Of a stretch of 36,132 nucleotides of DNA, positions 18,772-28,627 are shown one piece after another (the stretch's first letter is position 1; every line of letters begins with the position of its first letter). The translations under genes were made by a program, and so were the position numbers. Origin of the DNA: an uncultured Myxococcales bacterium (GTDB lineage Bacteria > Myxococcota > UBA4151); the NCBI GenBank assembly GCA_964013405.1, contig CAXGWI010000023.1, positions 1-36,132 on the forward strand, in the 5' to 3' direction. The notes beneath the pieces are model-generated. The model made no database searches, had not been told where the DNA came from, and worked only from the letters and a program-made list of their open reading frames with translations.

Positions 18772-21480
18772 ATGCGTTTCGGTTCGATTTGGTTTCTCCC
18801 CTCGTTGATGGCTGTCTCATTGGTCGGCTGTCCCAACCCCGCATTGGTGACACCGGGAGGTGGTGGTGCTGACGGGGACGGTGGACCTGTCGCTGTGGTC
18901 GGCTTTTGTGGTGATGGTGAGGTGACGGCCGATGAAGAGTGCGACGACGCTAACAGCGTCGATGCCGATGGCTGTCGCAACAGTTGCGTTTTAGCCTATT
19001 GCGGTGATGGCTTGATTCGGGAGGATTTAGAGCCTGGAGCGGAGGGCTTTGAGGCCTGTGATGATGGCAACAGCGTTGATGAAGATCGCTGCCTGAATAC
19101 CTGCGAGGAAGCCCGTTGCGGTGATGGTGTCACCCGCAGCGATCTGCCCGAGCGACACAGCGATTTCGAGCATTGCGACGACGGCAATGAAGCCGATGAT
19201 GACGCCTGTCTAGCCGGCTGTATCGAAGCTTTCTGTGGCGATGGGATCCAGCGTCTGGATCTAAGCGAGGGCGATGAGGGCTTCGAAGCCTGTGATGACG
19301 GCAACGAAGCTGACGACGATGAATGTCTGACGAACTGCGTCTTGGCCCGCTGCGGTGATGGGATTCTGGGGCCGGGCGAGGCCTGTGACGATGGTAACCT
19401 TGAAGCCGGCGATGATTGTGTTGATTGCCGCTCCGCGACCTGCGGCGACGGCCTCGTCCAAGAAGGTGTGGAAGCCTGTGACGATGGCAACGAAGACGAT
19501 ACCGACGACTGCCTTCGAGACTGCATCGCTGCCTCCTGCGGTGATGGGGTGGTCCGGGCCGGGTTAGCCGAGGGCGATGAAGGCTTCGAAGCCTGTGATG
19601 ACGGCAACGACGACGATACCGACGACTGCACCTCCGACTGTGCACGGCCCAGTTGTGGCGACGGGCATCTCCGGTCCGGACTGCAGTGGGGGGCTGAAGG
19701 TTACGAACAATGTGACGACGGCAACCTTGAGGCCGGCGATGGCTGTGCCGCGGACTGCCTGCGGGAGGAATGCGGCAACGGCATCGAGGATCCGGGTGAA
19801 GCCTGTGACGATGGCAACCAGCGGGACAACGATGCCTGTCGCAACAACTGTGAGTCTGCCCGCTGTGGCGATGGCGTTCATCGCTTGGATCTCGAAGAGG
19901 GGGCTGAGGGCTACGAACAGTGTGATGATGGCAATGAAGAGCAACGGGATGCCTGTCTCGTCGACTGTGTGGCCGCCAGCTGTGGGGACGGTCACCACCG
20001 CCTTGATGTGGAGCCTGGAGACGATGGCTTCGAGGCCTGCGATGACGCCGATGGTATCGATGAGAATGTTTGCACCAACGCTTGTGCGCTGGCCCGCTGC
20101 GGCGACGGAATTCGTCGCATCGACGTGGAAGTCGGATCACCGGGCTACGAGCAATGCGACGATGGGAACCGCAGCCAAAACGATGCCTGCTTAGTGACCT
20201 GCGAAAGCGCTGGCTGCGGTGATGGTCACGTCTGGGATGGCGAGGAGCGCTGCGACGACGGCAACGACAATCAGCAGGACGCCTGCCTGGAGGGTTGCAT
20301 CCCGGCCCGCTGTGGTGATGGGATCCATCGCCGGGACCTGCGCCCCGGGGACGAAGGTTTCGAAGCTTGTGATGATGGCGATGGGATCGATGGAAATGAG
20401 TGCACCAATGGTTGTGGCCGGGCGATTTGCGGCGATGGGATCGTTTGGGAAGGCCAGGAGCGTTGCGACGACGGCAACGATGACAACGGTGATGCCTGCC
20501 TCGTCGGTTGTCACCCGGCCCGTTGTGGCGATGGCGAGGTTTGGCGAGACAACGAGCGCTGCGACGACGGTGACGGCATCGATCAAAATGAGTGCACCAA
20601 TGCCTGTCTGCCGGCCCGCTGCGGGGACGGGATCGTTTGGGAAGGCGAAGAACGCTGCGACGATGGCAATGACGACAATGGTGATGCCTGCCTCGTGGGC
20701 TGCCACCCTGCTCGTTGCGGCGATGGGGAGATCTATCGGGATGTGGAGGTCTGTGATGACGGCAACGATGAGCAGACCGATGATTGCTTAAACAACTGCA
20801 CAGCGCCCCGTTGTGGCGATGGTTTCATTCACGATGGCCATGAGCGTTGCGATGACGGCGATCGGGTCGATGGTAACGACTGCACCAATGCCTGTGATCC
20901 GGCCCGTTGTGGCGACGGGATCACCTGGGCTGGTCAGGAGGAATGTGACGACGGCAACGACGATACAGGGGATGCCTGCACGAACGCCTGCAACCATGCG
21001 ATTTGTGGTGATGGGATCGTCCAGCGGGGCGAGGAAGAATGTGATGACGCCAATGGTGTGAACACCGATACCTGTACGAACGCCTGTAACAACGCCCGTT
21101 GTGGTGACAGCATCGTTGGGCCCGGTGAGGAATGCGACGATGGTAATGGCAACAACAACGATCGCTGTACGAATGCCTGTCGCAACAATCCAGGGAACGA
21201 CGTGAGCAATGGCGGGATGGTCTATTACGGGCACCACGGGAACTGCGGCGGCTGGAACGGTTGCGGCAGTGCGGCGACTTGCGCCCAGTGGGCCTGTGAG
21301 ATCAATGGCTACAGCCGTGTTGTCTCCCACGGACCGGGCTCGCCCCACCAAGCGCCGGCCTGTGGCGGCGGGCAGACCTGGCACTTGTTCAACAGTCGGG
21401 GCAGCCTGGATCGTGGCTGGGGTGGTGGCCGCTGTGGTAACTGCCCGGTGATGGGTGTCACCAACGTTCGCTGCGAGTAA
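18772..21480 (+). CDS. Myxococcus cysteine-rich repeat (DUF4215) lipoprotein with ~22 repeats and an uncharacterised C-terminal domain
   Basis: AGGAG RBS; lipobox 'LVGC'; about 22 units of CG[DN]G..E.CDD[GA][ND]...D.C...C (hand count); non-repeat C-terminus from about 21184. Confidence 0.88.
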   Translation: MRFGSIWFLPSLMAVSLVGCPNPALVTPGGGGADGDGGPVAVVGFCGDGEVTADEECDDANSVDADGCRNSCVLAYCGDGLIREDLEPGAEGFEACDDGNSVDEDRCLNTCEEARCGDGVTRSDLPERHSDFEHCDDGNEADDDACLAGCIEAFCGDGIQRLDLSEGDEGFEACDDGNEADDDECLTNCVLARCGDGILGPGEACDDGNLEAGDDCVDCRSATCGDGLVQEGVEACDDGNEDDTDDCLRDCIAASCGDGVVRAGLAEGDEGFEACDDGNDDDTDDCTSDCARPSCGDGHLRSGLQWGAEGYEQCDDGNLEAGDGCAADCLREECGNGIEDPGEACDDGNQRDNDACRNNCESARCGDGVHRLDLEEGAEGYEQCDDGNEEQRDACLVDCVAASCGDGHHRLDVEPGDDGFEACDDADGIDENVCTNACALARCGDGIRRIDVEVGSPGYEQCDDGNRSQNDACLVTCESAGCGDGHVWDGEERCDDGNDNQQDACLEGCIPARCGDGIHRRDLRPGDEGFEACDDGDGIDGNECTNGCGRAICGDGIVWEGQERCDDGNDDNGDACLVGCHPARCGDGEVWRDNERCDDGDGIDQNECTNACLPARCGDGIVWEGEERCDDGNDDNGDACLVGCHPARCGDGEIYRDVEVCDDGNDEQTDDCLNNCTAPRCGDGFIHDGHERCDDGDRVDGNDCTNACDPARCGDGITWAGQEECDDGNDDTGDACTNACNHAICGDGIVQRGEEECDDANGVNTDTCTNACNNARCGDSIVGPGEECDDGNGNNNDRCTNACRNNPGNDVSNGGMVYYGHHGNCGGWNGCGSAATCAQWACEINGYSRVVSHGPGSPHQAPACGGGQTWHLFNSRGSLDRGWGGGRCGNCPVMGVTNVRCE

Positions 21481-21581
21481 CCCGAGCCGTGTGCGGCGCT
21501 CTGACGGCGCAGAGCGTACGACGGAGAACGAGTTTCAGCGCTGGCGACCGCAAGTGCATGGCTTAAAGGAGTGATCTCGAT

Positions 21582-23207
21582 TTGGCCGAATACGACTACA
21601 TCGTCGTCGGCGCGGGTTCCGCAGGCTGTGCGCTAGCCGCTCGGCTCACCGAAGACCCAAACTGTCGCGTCTTGCTGTTGGAGGCCGGGGGCTCCGACCG
21701 CACGGCCTTTTGCACGAAGCCGGGCATGATCTCGGTGGTTCACACCGTCCCTCAGGTGAAAAAGAAGTTCGACTGGGGCTACAAAACCCAAGCTCGAGAT
21801 TGGACCCTGGATCGAAAGATCCCCTACATTCGGGGGCGGGTGATGGGGGGCTCCAGCGCCATTAACGGCATGATCTTCGTGCGCGGGAATCGGGCCAACT
21901 ACGATAGCTGGGCAGCCCAGGGCTGTACCGGTTGGGGCTTCGATGATGTCCTGCCCTATTTCAAACGCCTAGAAGACTTTGAGGCCGGCGAGAGTGATTT
22001 ACGAGGGGCCGGTGGCCCGGTCGCCGTGACCCGGCCAAAGGATTGCAGCCCCGTGAGCGAATTGTTCATGGAAGCTGTCGCTGAAGTGACTGGGGCACCC
22101 CGCATCGAGGACTACAACGGCCCGACCCAAGAAGGCGTTTCCATCGTGCAAATGTCCGCAAAGGATGGGCTTCGCTATTCCACCTCCCAGGCCTACCTTG
22201 AGCCCAACCGCAACCGCCCCAATCTCACCATCGTGTCTCGGGCGACGGTTCTGAAGGTCAATCTAGAAGGCACACGGGCCGTCGGCTTGGACTATCAAGC
22301 GGGGCGGGAGGTGGTGACGGTCTCTGCCCGTTGCGAGGTTTTGCTGTGCGGTGGCGTCATTGGCAGTGCGCAGATTCTGATGCTCAGTGGGATCGGTCCG
22401 GCGGCGCATTTGGCTGAACATGGCATCGACTGTGTGGCGGATCTGCCGGTGGGCCAAAACCTCCACGATCATCTGTTCTTCCCCTTGGTGTTTTTGATGC
22501 CAAGAGGCGGGCACCGCGGCACGCCCTGGCATTTCTTTGGGGGCATGTTCAAAGAGTACCTTTTTGGTGGGGGGACGTGGTTTGGCGAGACCGTCTTCGA
22601 GGGCATGGCTTTTGTGAAAACATCGGCCGGTGAGTCCATCCCCAACCTCCAGCTTCACAGCCTTCCATGGGCCTATCCGGCACCCAATCAAGATGCCCCG
22701 GTGCGACCGAAAGTCGACATGAGGCCGGCCCTGACCGTCCTGCCTACCATGATCTACCCGAAGAGTCGGGGCGAGGTGCGGCTACGTTCGGCCGACCCCC
22801 TCGACGCACCGATGATCGACCCCCACTTCCTTGAGGACCCGGCGGATTTGAAGTTCCTACTCGATACCACCGAACTCACTCGAGAGATCATGGCGAGTTC
22901 AGCCATCGCTGGGGAGGTCACCGGCGAGCTTGAGCCCGGCGGGGATTATCGTGACCGGGCGGCCCTGGCCCGGGAGATGCCGAACCGGGTGTGTACGGTG
23001 TATCACCCGGTGGGCACCTGTCGCATGGGGGTGGATGAACGTGCGGTCGTCGATCCCGAACTACGGGTTCTTGGGATTCAAGGCTTAAGGGTCGCAGATG
23101 CTTCGATCATGCCCGATATCATCGGTGGCAATACCAACGCACCATCGATCATGATTGGGGAGAAAGCAGCAGACCTGTTGCGGGCTGCCCAGGGAAATTC
23201 TGCCTAG
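21582..23207 (+). CDS. GMC family oxidoreductase (choline/alcohol dehydrogenase-like)
   Basis: FAD motif 'YDYIVVGAGSAG', 'RGRVMGGSSAINGM', 'LMLSGIG', 'VGQNLHDH', 'YHPVGTCRMG', 'GLRVADASIMP' and 'GNTNAP'; AAGGAG RBS. Confidence 0.93.
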   Translation: MAEYDYIVVGAGSAGCALAARLTEDPNCRVLLLEAGGSDRTAFCTKPGMISVVHTVPQVKKKFDWGYKTQARDWTLDRKIPYIRGRVMGGSSAINGMIFVRGNRANYDSWAAQGCTGWGFDDVLPYFKRLEDFEAGESDLRGAGGPVAVTRPKDCSPVSELFMEAVAEVTGAPRIEDYNGPTQEGVSIVQMSAKDGLRYSTSQAYLEPNRNRPNLTIVSRATVLKVNLEGTRAVGLDYQAGREVVTVSARCEVLLCGGVIGSAQILMLSGIGPAAHLAEHGIDCVADLPVGQNLHDHLFFPLVFLMPRGGHRGTPWHFFGGMFKEYLFGGGTWFGETVFEGMAFVKTSAGESIPNLQLHSLPWAYPAPNQDAPVRPKVDMRPALTVLPTMIYPKSRGEVRLRSADPLDAPMIDPHFLEDPADLKFLLDTTELTREIMASSAIAGEVTGELEPGGDYRDRAALAREMPNRVCTVYHPVGTCRMGVDERAVVDPELRVLGIQGLRVADASIMPDIIGGNTNAPSIMIGEKAADLLRAAQGNSA

Positions 23208-23267
23208 GGGACTGATATCCTCACGGGTTTTGGGTTATGTTCCCTCCGACCCATCGAGGAGAAAGAC

Positions 23268-26200
23268 ATGATACGCCGCGGGATCTTGCCTTTGTTGCTC
23301 CTCGCATTGAGTTGCGGTGGTCCCGATCGCGTAACTTCGCCCGGGCCATCGGAGCCTGGACCCGTTGAGCCCTTAGCCGATGGGGGCCCTGAACTCCCCG
23401 CTGCCCGCTGCGGTGACGGCATCGTTCAGGAGGGGGAAGCCTGTGACGATGGCAACGAGATCGATGAAGACGCTTGTCTCACCGACTGTGTTGCGGCCCG
23501 CTGCGGTGATGGGCTGCGCCGCCAAGATGTGATGGAAGGCGATGAGGGCTTTGAGGCCTGCGATGATGGCAACACCATCGATGAAGATGACTGCTTGAAC
23601 AGCTGCCAGGTCGCCCGGTGTGGCGATGGCGTGGTTCACGAGGGTGTCGAGGCCTGCGATGATGGCAATGAGGTCGAGTCCGATGACTGTACCCAGGCCT
23701 GTGCTTTGCCCAGTTGCGGCGATGGTCACGTCCAAGAAGGGGCCGGCGAGGCCTGCGACGACGGCAACGACTCCGACGAGGACGAGTGCACGCAACGCTG
23801 CCTAGAAGCTCGCTGCGGCGACGGCTTCATCTGGGAGGGCGTGGAAGCCTGTGACGACGGTGATGAGCAGGATGATAACGCCTGCACAACAGCTTGTGAG
23901 CCGGCCCGGTGTGGCGATGGCATCCGTCGTTTGGATCTCGAGCCAGATGCGGAAGACTATGAGGCTTGTGATGATGGCAACGACGTGGAGACGGACAGTT
24001 GCCTGAGCAATTGTCGTGAAGCGGGTTGCGGCGATGGCGTGCTCGCTGCCGGCGAAGAGCTTTGTGATGATGGCAACCTGAATCCGGCCGACGCGTGCAC
24101 GGACCGCTGCGAACCGGCCCGGTGTGGCGATGGTATTCAAAGGCTCGACCTGGATCCCTTCGATGAGGCTTTCGAAGCCTGCGATGATGGCAACGATGAT
24201 GAGGCCGATGCCTGTCGGAGCAATTGCGGGGTCGCCCGGTGTGGCGATGGCATTCAACGCTTAGACATCGCCGCCGGTGAGCCTGGTTACGAAGCCTGTG
24301 ACGATGGCAATGGCCGAGATCGGGATGCCTGTCGGGACAACTGTACCGTCGCCCTGTGTGGGGATGGCGTCCGTCGTCAGGATCTCTTCCCCGACGATGA
24401 GGGCTATGAAGAATGTGACGATGGCAATGAGAACGAGGCCGATGAATGCCGCAGTGGCTGCATTTTGGCCCGCTGCGGTGACGGAATCCACCGACGGGAT
24501 CCTCGCAGCGACGAAGCCTGTGATGATGGCAATGAGGCCGCCGATGACGGCTGTTCCCCCGATTGTGATTTGGCCCGGTGTGGTGATGGGGTGCATCGTC
24601 GGGACCTGGAGCCTGGAGCCGAGGGCTTTGAAGGCTGTGATGACGGTAATGAGGTTGCCGAAGACGGCTGTCTGAACAACTGCCAGTTGGCCATCTGCGG
24701 TGATGGTGTCCTGCGGGAAGGCCTGCGGGTCGGCGAAGCGGGCTACGAGGCCTGTGACGATGGGAATCAGGCTGATGCCGATGGCTGCACCGCCGAGTGC
24801 CTTCCGGCCCGTTGTGGCGACGGCATCGTTCGAGAGGACCTCGATGAGGGGGACCACGGCTTCGAAGGCTGTGATGATGGCAACTTGGAGCGGGGCGATG
24901 GTTGCTCCGATCTCTGCAGGCCCGAGGTCTGTGGCAATGGGCTCATCGATCCGGGCGAGGCTTGCGATGACGGTGATGAGGACGATGCGGACCAGTGCCG
25001 CAACGATTGTGTGTTGGCCCGCTGTGGTGATGGTGTGCAGCGGGAGGATCTCCAGGCCGGCGCGCCCGACTTCGAGGCCTGTGATGATGGCAACTTAGAG
25101 GCTGGGGACGGTTGCTCCGCCCGTTGCGCGGTCGAGCGTTGCGGGAATCAAATCATCGATCCAGGCGAAGCCTGTGATGATGGCAATGAGAACGATCGAG
25201 ATGCCTGCCTCAACGATTGCACCGTGGCCCGCTGTGGCGACGGCGTTCAACGTCAAGATATCGGCTTTGGCCTGCCGGGCTTCGAGCACTGCGACGATGG
25301 CAATGAAGCCGATGATGACGATTGCACGTCTCTATGCGTCGAAGCTCGCTGCGGCGACGGCTTGGTGCACGGGGAAGATGAGGCCTGTGATGATGGCAAC
25401 GCCAACGACTTCGACGCCTGTTTGCGCAACTGTGTCCAAGCCCGCTGCGGTGATGGCATCATTCGGGAGGATTTGGCGCCTGGGGCCGAGGGCTTCGAAG
25501 CCTGTGAAGATGGCAACGAGGTGAACGAGGATGACTGTCTGAACAACTGTCAGCTGGCCCGCTGTGGCGATGGCGTCGTGTGGCGAGATGAAGAGATCTG
25601 CGATGACGGCAACGAAGAGATGGCTGACGCTTGTACCGACCGCTGCCGGCCGGCCCGTTGCGGCGATGGCATTATTCGCCAAGACATCGCAGCCGGCGAT
25701 CCCGGGGCTGAGCTCTGTGACGACGGCGACGAAGATGATCTGAACAGCTGCACCGCGGATTGCGTGCCTGCTCGCTGTGGTGATGGCTTTCGTCGTCTCG
25801 ATGTGATGATGGGCGACGAAGGCTATGAAGCCTGTGACGACGGTAACGAGGAGCAGGCGGACGCCTGTCTCGCAGACTGTTCGTTGGCCCGCTGCGGAGA
25901 CAACATCGTGCGTCTCGATTTGGACCCGGGCCAAGCGGGCTACGAAGCCTGCGACGATGGCAATGTGGTGGCTGCCGATGGCTGCTCCCCGGCCTGCCAG
26001 GTCGAGCGCTGCGGCAATGGCGTCCAGGATCCCGGCGAGGCCTGTGACGATGGCAATGAGGAAGACGCAGATGCCTGCTTGAATGGCTGTCTCCGGGCCC
26101 GTTGTGGCGACGGTGTTCGTCGCCAGGACTTACTGCCCCTCGAAGTGGGTTACGAAGGCTGCGATGACGGTAATGTGGACGGGGGTGATGGTTGTTCGGC

Positions 26201-27380
26201 CGAGTGCCGCGCGGAGGTTTGCGGTAATGGCATCCTCGATCCCGGCGAAGCCTGTGACGATGGCAATCAAAGTTCCGGTGACGGCTGCCTCGCCAACTGC
26301 GAGTTGGCTCGGTGCGGCGACGGCGAGCTTTGGCTCGACGTAGAGGTCTGCGACGACGGCAATCTTGTGGATGAGGATGCCTGTACCGCGCAATGCGAGG
26401 AAGCCCGCTGCGGTGATGGGATCGTCTGGGCCGACGAAGAGGCCTGCGATGATGGCAATGGCGCCGAGGATGACGCCTGTCTCAACGACTGTGTTGCCGC
26501 CGCCTGTGGCGATGGGATTCAGCGATTAGATGCTGTGGCCGGTGATCCGGGTTTCGAGGCCTGTGATGATGGCAATGCAGTCGATACGGATGGGTGTACA
26601 ACCGCCTGTGCGGATGCCTTTTGCGGCGATGGGATTCTCTGGCAAGGCGTCGAAGATTGCGACGATGGCAACGTCATCGGTGAGGATGATTGCACGGACG
26701 TCTGCCGCCCAGCCCAGTGCGGCGATGGCCGGACTTGGGCCGGCCGGGAAGCCTGTGATGATGGCAACCTTGATGATGGCGACAGTTGCACGGGCAATTG
26801 CGAGAATGCGCGCTGTGGCGATGGGATTGTTTGGGTCGGTCAGGAAGACTGTGATGACGGTAACCAAATCGATGATGACGGCTGTACACAGGATTGTCTC
26901 ACCGAACGCTGCGGTGATGGGATCGTTCAGGGTAATGAGGAATGCGATGATGGTAATGGGGTCAACGAAGATGATTGCACCAACGTTTGCGAGACCTCCA
27001 AGTGCGGCGACGGCTTTCTCCAGGCCGGCGAAGAATGCGATGATGGTAATTTAGATGACTTGGATGACTGTACGAACGACTGCAATGACCAGGAAGGCGA
27101 TGATATCACCCAAGGCGGCACGATCTACTATGGTCACCATGGTGCGTGCAGTGGCTGGAATGCCTGTGGCAATGCAGAGACTTGTGCGCAGTGGGCCTGC
27201 GAGATCGAAGGTTACAACACCGCCGTGTCTTGGGACCGCTCGAACGCCTATTCGGGCAACTGCAACGATGGCACCAGTTGGCACCTGTTCTGGAATCGAG
27301 GCAATCTAGATCGCAACTGGGACTCTAGGAATTGTCGTAGCTGCCCATTACAGGGTGTGACCGGCATTCGCTGCCGTTAG
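23268..27380 (+). CDS. Myxococcus cysteine-rich repeat (DUF4215) lipoprotein with ~35 repeats and the same C-terminal domain as the 18772 gene
   Basis: GAGGAG RBS; lipobox 'ALSC'; about 35 CG[DN]G..CDDGN repeats (hand count); C-terminal domain from about 27087. Confidence 0.88.
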   Translation: MIRRGILPLLLLALSCGGPDRVTSPGPSEPGPVEPLADGGPELPAARCGDGIVQEGEACDDGNEIDEDACLTDCVAARCGDGLRRQDVMEGDEGFEACDDGNTIDEDDCLNSCQVARCGDGVVHEGVEACDDGNEVESDDCTQACALPSCGDGHVQEGAGEACDDGNDSDEDECTQRCLEARCGDGFIWEGVEACDDGDEQDDNACTTACEPARCGDGIRRLDLEPDAEDYEACDDGNDVETDSCLSNCREAGCGDGVLAAGEELCDDGNLNPADACTDRCEPARCGDGIQRLDLDPFDEAFEACDDGNDDEADACRSNCGVARCGDGIQRLDIAAGEPGYEACDDGNGRDRDACRDNCTVALCGDGVRRQDLFPDDEGYEECDDGNENEADECRSGCILARCGDGIHRRDPRSDEACDDGNEAADDGCSPDCDLARCGDGVHRRDLEPGAEGFEGCDDGNEVAEDGCLNNCQLAICGDGVLREGLRVGEAGYEACDDGNQADADGCTAECLPARCGDGIVREDLDEGDHGFEGCDDGNLERGDGCSDLCRPEVCGNGLIDPGEACDDGDEDDADQCRNDCVLARCGDGVQREDLQAGAPDFEACDDGNLEAGDGCSARCAVERCGNQIIDPGEACDDGNENDRDACLNDCTVARCGDGVQRQDIGFGLPGFEHCDDGNEADDDDCTSLCVEARCGDGLVHGEDEACDDGNANDFDACLRNCVQARCGDGIIREDLAPGAEGFEACEDGNEVNEDDCLNNCQLARCGDGVVWRDEEICDDGNEEMADACTDRCRPARCGDGIIRQDIAAGDPGAELCDDGDEDDLNSCTADCVPARCGDGFRRLDVMMGDEGYEACDDGNEEQADACLADCSLARCGDNIVRLDLDPGQAGYEACDDGNVVAADGCSPACQVERCGNGVQDPGEACDDGNEEDADACLNGCLRARCGDGVRRQDLLPLEVGYEGCDDGNVDGGDGCSAECRAEVCGNGILDPGEACDDGNQSSGDGCLANCELARCGDGELWLDVEVCDDGNLVDEDACTAQCEEARCGDGIVWADEEACDDGNGAEDDACLNDCVAAACGDGIQRLDAVAGDPGFEACDDGNAVDTDGCTTACADAFCGDGILWQGVEDCDDGNVIGEDDCTDVCRPAQCGDGRTWAGREACDDGNLDDGDSCTGNCENARCGDGIVWVGQEDCDDGNQIDDDGCTQDCLTERCGDGIVQGNEECDDGNGVNEDDCTNVCETSKCGDGFLQAGEECDDGNLDDLDDCTNDCNDQEGDDITQGGTIYYGHHGACSGWNACGNAETCAQWACEIEGYNTAVSWDRSNAYSGNCNDGTSWHLFWNRGNLDRNWDSRNCRSCPLQGVTGIRCR

Positions 27381-27387
27381 GAGAGAC

Positions 27388-27834
27388 GTGGTGGTGACTA
27401 AGGACGAGGGATTCTTCGATCATCTGGCAGAAGGCTACCAGTTGGTCTCACGACATACGGTTATGTATCCAGATTGCAACACGACCAATCGACTTTTTGG
27501 CGGCCGGCTCATGCAGTGGGTCGACGAAGCCGCAGGCATGTTTGTGCGTTGCACGATGGCCTCGGAGCGGGTGGTGACAGCCCAGGTCGACCAACTGCGT
27601 TTCCGCCGCCCTACCCAGTTGGGGGAGTTGATCGAAATCTACTGTAAGGTCACCCGTTTCGGCCGAACAAGTTTGTCCATCTCCGTGGTGGTGACCAACC
27701 TGGACGTGTCCGATCCATCGGCGAAGCGAAAGAAGTTGGAAACGAAGATGATCTGGGTCTGCGTGGATGAGGCCGGGAAACCTTGTGCCTATGGCTCGTC
27801 CGGCAACGCGACGGGCGAGATTCGGGACAACTGA
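27388..27834 (+). CDS. Acyl-CoA thioesterase, hotdog fold (YciA-like)
   Basis: '[21 protein letters not shown]', 'VVTAQVD...F..P...G', 'GRTS' and 'VCVDEAGKP'. Confidence 0.88.
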   Translation: MVVTKDEGFFDHLAEGYQLVSRHTVMYPDCNTTNRLFGGRLMQWVDEAAGMFVRCTMASERVVTAQVDQLRFRRPTQLGELIEIYCKVTRFGRTSLSISVVVTNLDVSDPSAKRKKLETKMIWVCVDEAGKPCAYGSSGNATGEIRDN

Positions 27835-28385
27835 AACCGCTTGCGGCTCTGGGCCACGTAGTGGTGTCCGATATCCACCACATCCCCTGAGAAGACCTGA
27901 TTGCCCGCTTCGTCGAGGCGGGCGTTCATGATGGCCTTTTTGCCGGTCTCGTCGACGGTTTTGATCTCACCGAGCTCTTCGGCCCAAGCGAGGAGGTACT
28001 TGCTGCCTTCAAATGGCTCACCTCGGAAGTCGGTTCGAAGCCCGTAGCAGAGCACGGGGATATCGAGTTCATCGACGACCCGGGTGAGTTGGAGCACCTG
28101 CTGGGGTGAGAGAAATTGGGCTTCATCCACAAGCACGCAGGCCACCGGCTCTTCGTGGTGGGCCGTCTGAATATGCTCCAGGAGGTCATCGGAGGGGGCG
28201 AAAGCGTAGGCGGCCCGTTGCAGTCCGATCCGGCTGGTAATCTGGCCGACGCCGTAGCGGTCGTCGAGGGCGGGGGTGAAAAGAAGGGTCCTCAACCCCC
28301 GCTCTTGGTAGTTGTGGGCACTCTGCAACAAGGTGGTGGTTTTGCCGGCATTCATCGCTGAGTAATAGAAGTAGAGCTTTGCCAT
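27789..28385 (-). CDS. tdk: Thymidine kinase (TK1-like), apparently a zinc-free variant
   Basis: P-loop '[17 protein letters not shown]', 'SRIG', 'VLVDEAQFL' and '[15 protein letters not shown]'. Confidence 0.95.
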   Translation of the reverse strand: MAKLYFYYSAMNAGKTTTLLQSAHNYQERGLRTLLFTPALDDRYGVGQITSRIGLQRAAYAFAPSDDLLEHIQTAHHEEPVACVLVDEAQFLSPQQVLQLTRVVDELDIPVLCYGLRTDFRGEPFEGSKYLLAWAEELGEIKTVDETGKKAIMNARLDEAGNQVFSGDVVDIGHHYVAQSRKRFQLSRISPVALPDEP

Positions 28386-28578
28386 GGGTGGGCTCCCTTA
28401 CCCACCTCATGCCAAGGCTCGCATCGGGCGTCACCCGTCGATTTCACGAATTTTGCTCGCCGTGCCTTGTCGGTCCAAGCTGTCATGGGCGGTCACCGAA
28501 CCTGCAGAGTTTACGGCGAAGCGGGAGCTAGGGTCGTCTAGGGTGTTGAAAAAATAGGAGTTTGCATCACGGGCGTTT

Positions 28579-28594
28579 TGGCACGGCCCCTGCA
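28579..28594 (+). promoter_or_regulatory. Putative sigma54 (-24/-12) promoter for the Cys-rich lipoprotein
   Basis: TGGCACGGCCCCTGCA matches TGGCACG-N4-TTGCW with exact GG-N10-GC spacing. It lies 33 nt before the ATG, with an AT-rich tract upstream. Confidence 0.7.
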
Positions 28595-28627
28595 TGCAAT
28601 TATTTCGCACGCGGGAGAAAAACCATC

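Noticed and set aside
21542..21558. Sigma54 promoter before the GMC gene (TGGCGACCGCAAGTGCA)
   Set aside because: The GG-to-GC spacing is 11 nt rather than the required 10.
18900..27090. CRISPR-like regularly spaced DNA repeats (TGTGATGATGGCAA and similar)
   Set aside because: They are codon-degenerate, in-frame protein repeats (CDDGN) with variable spacing, and there are no cas genes.
21220..27230. Diversity-generating retroelement (TR/VR pair) formed by the two similar C-terminal domains
   Set aside because: Differences between the copies are mostly synonymous third-position changes and are not adenine-specific. Both copies are coding, and no reverse transcriptase is in the window.
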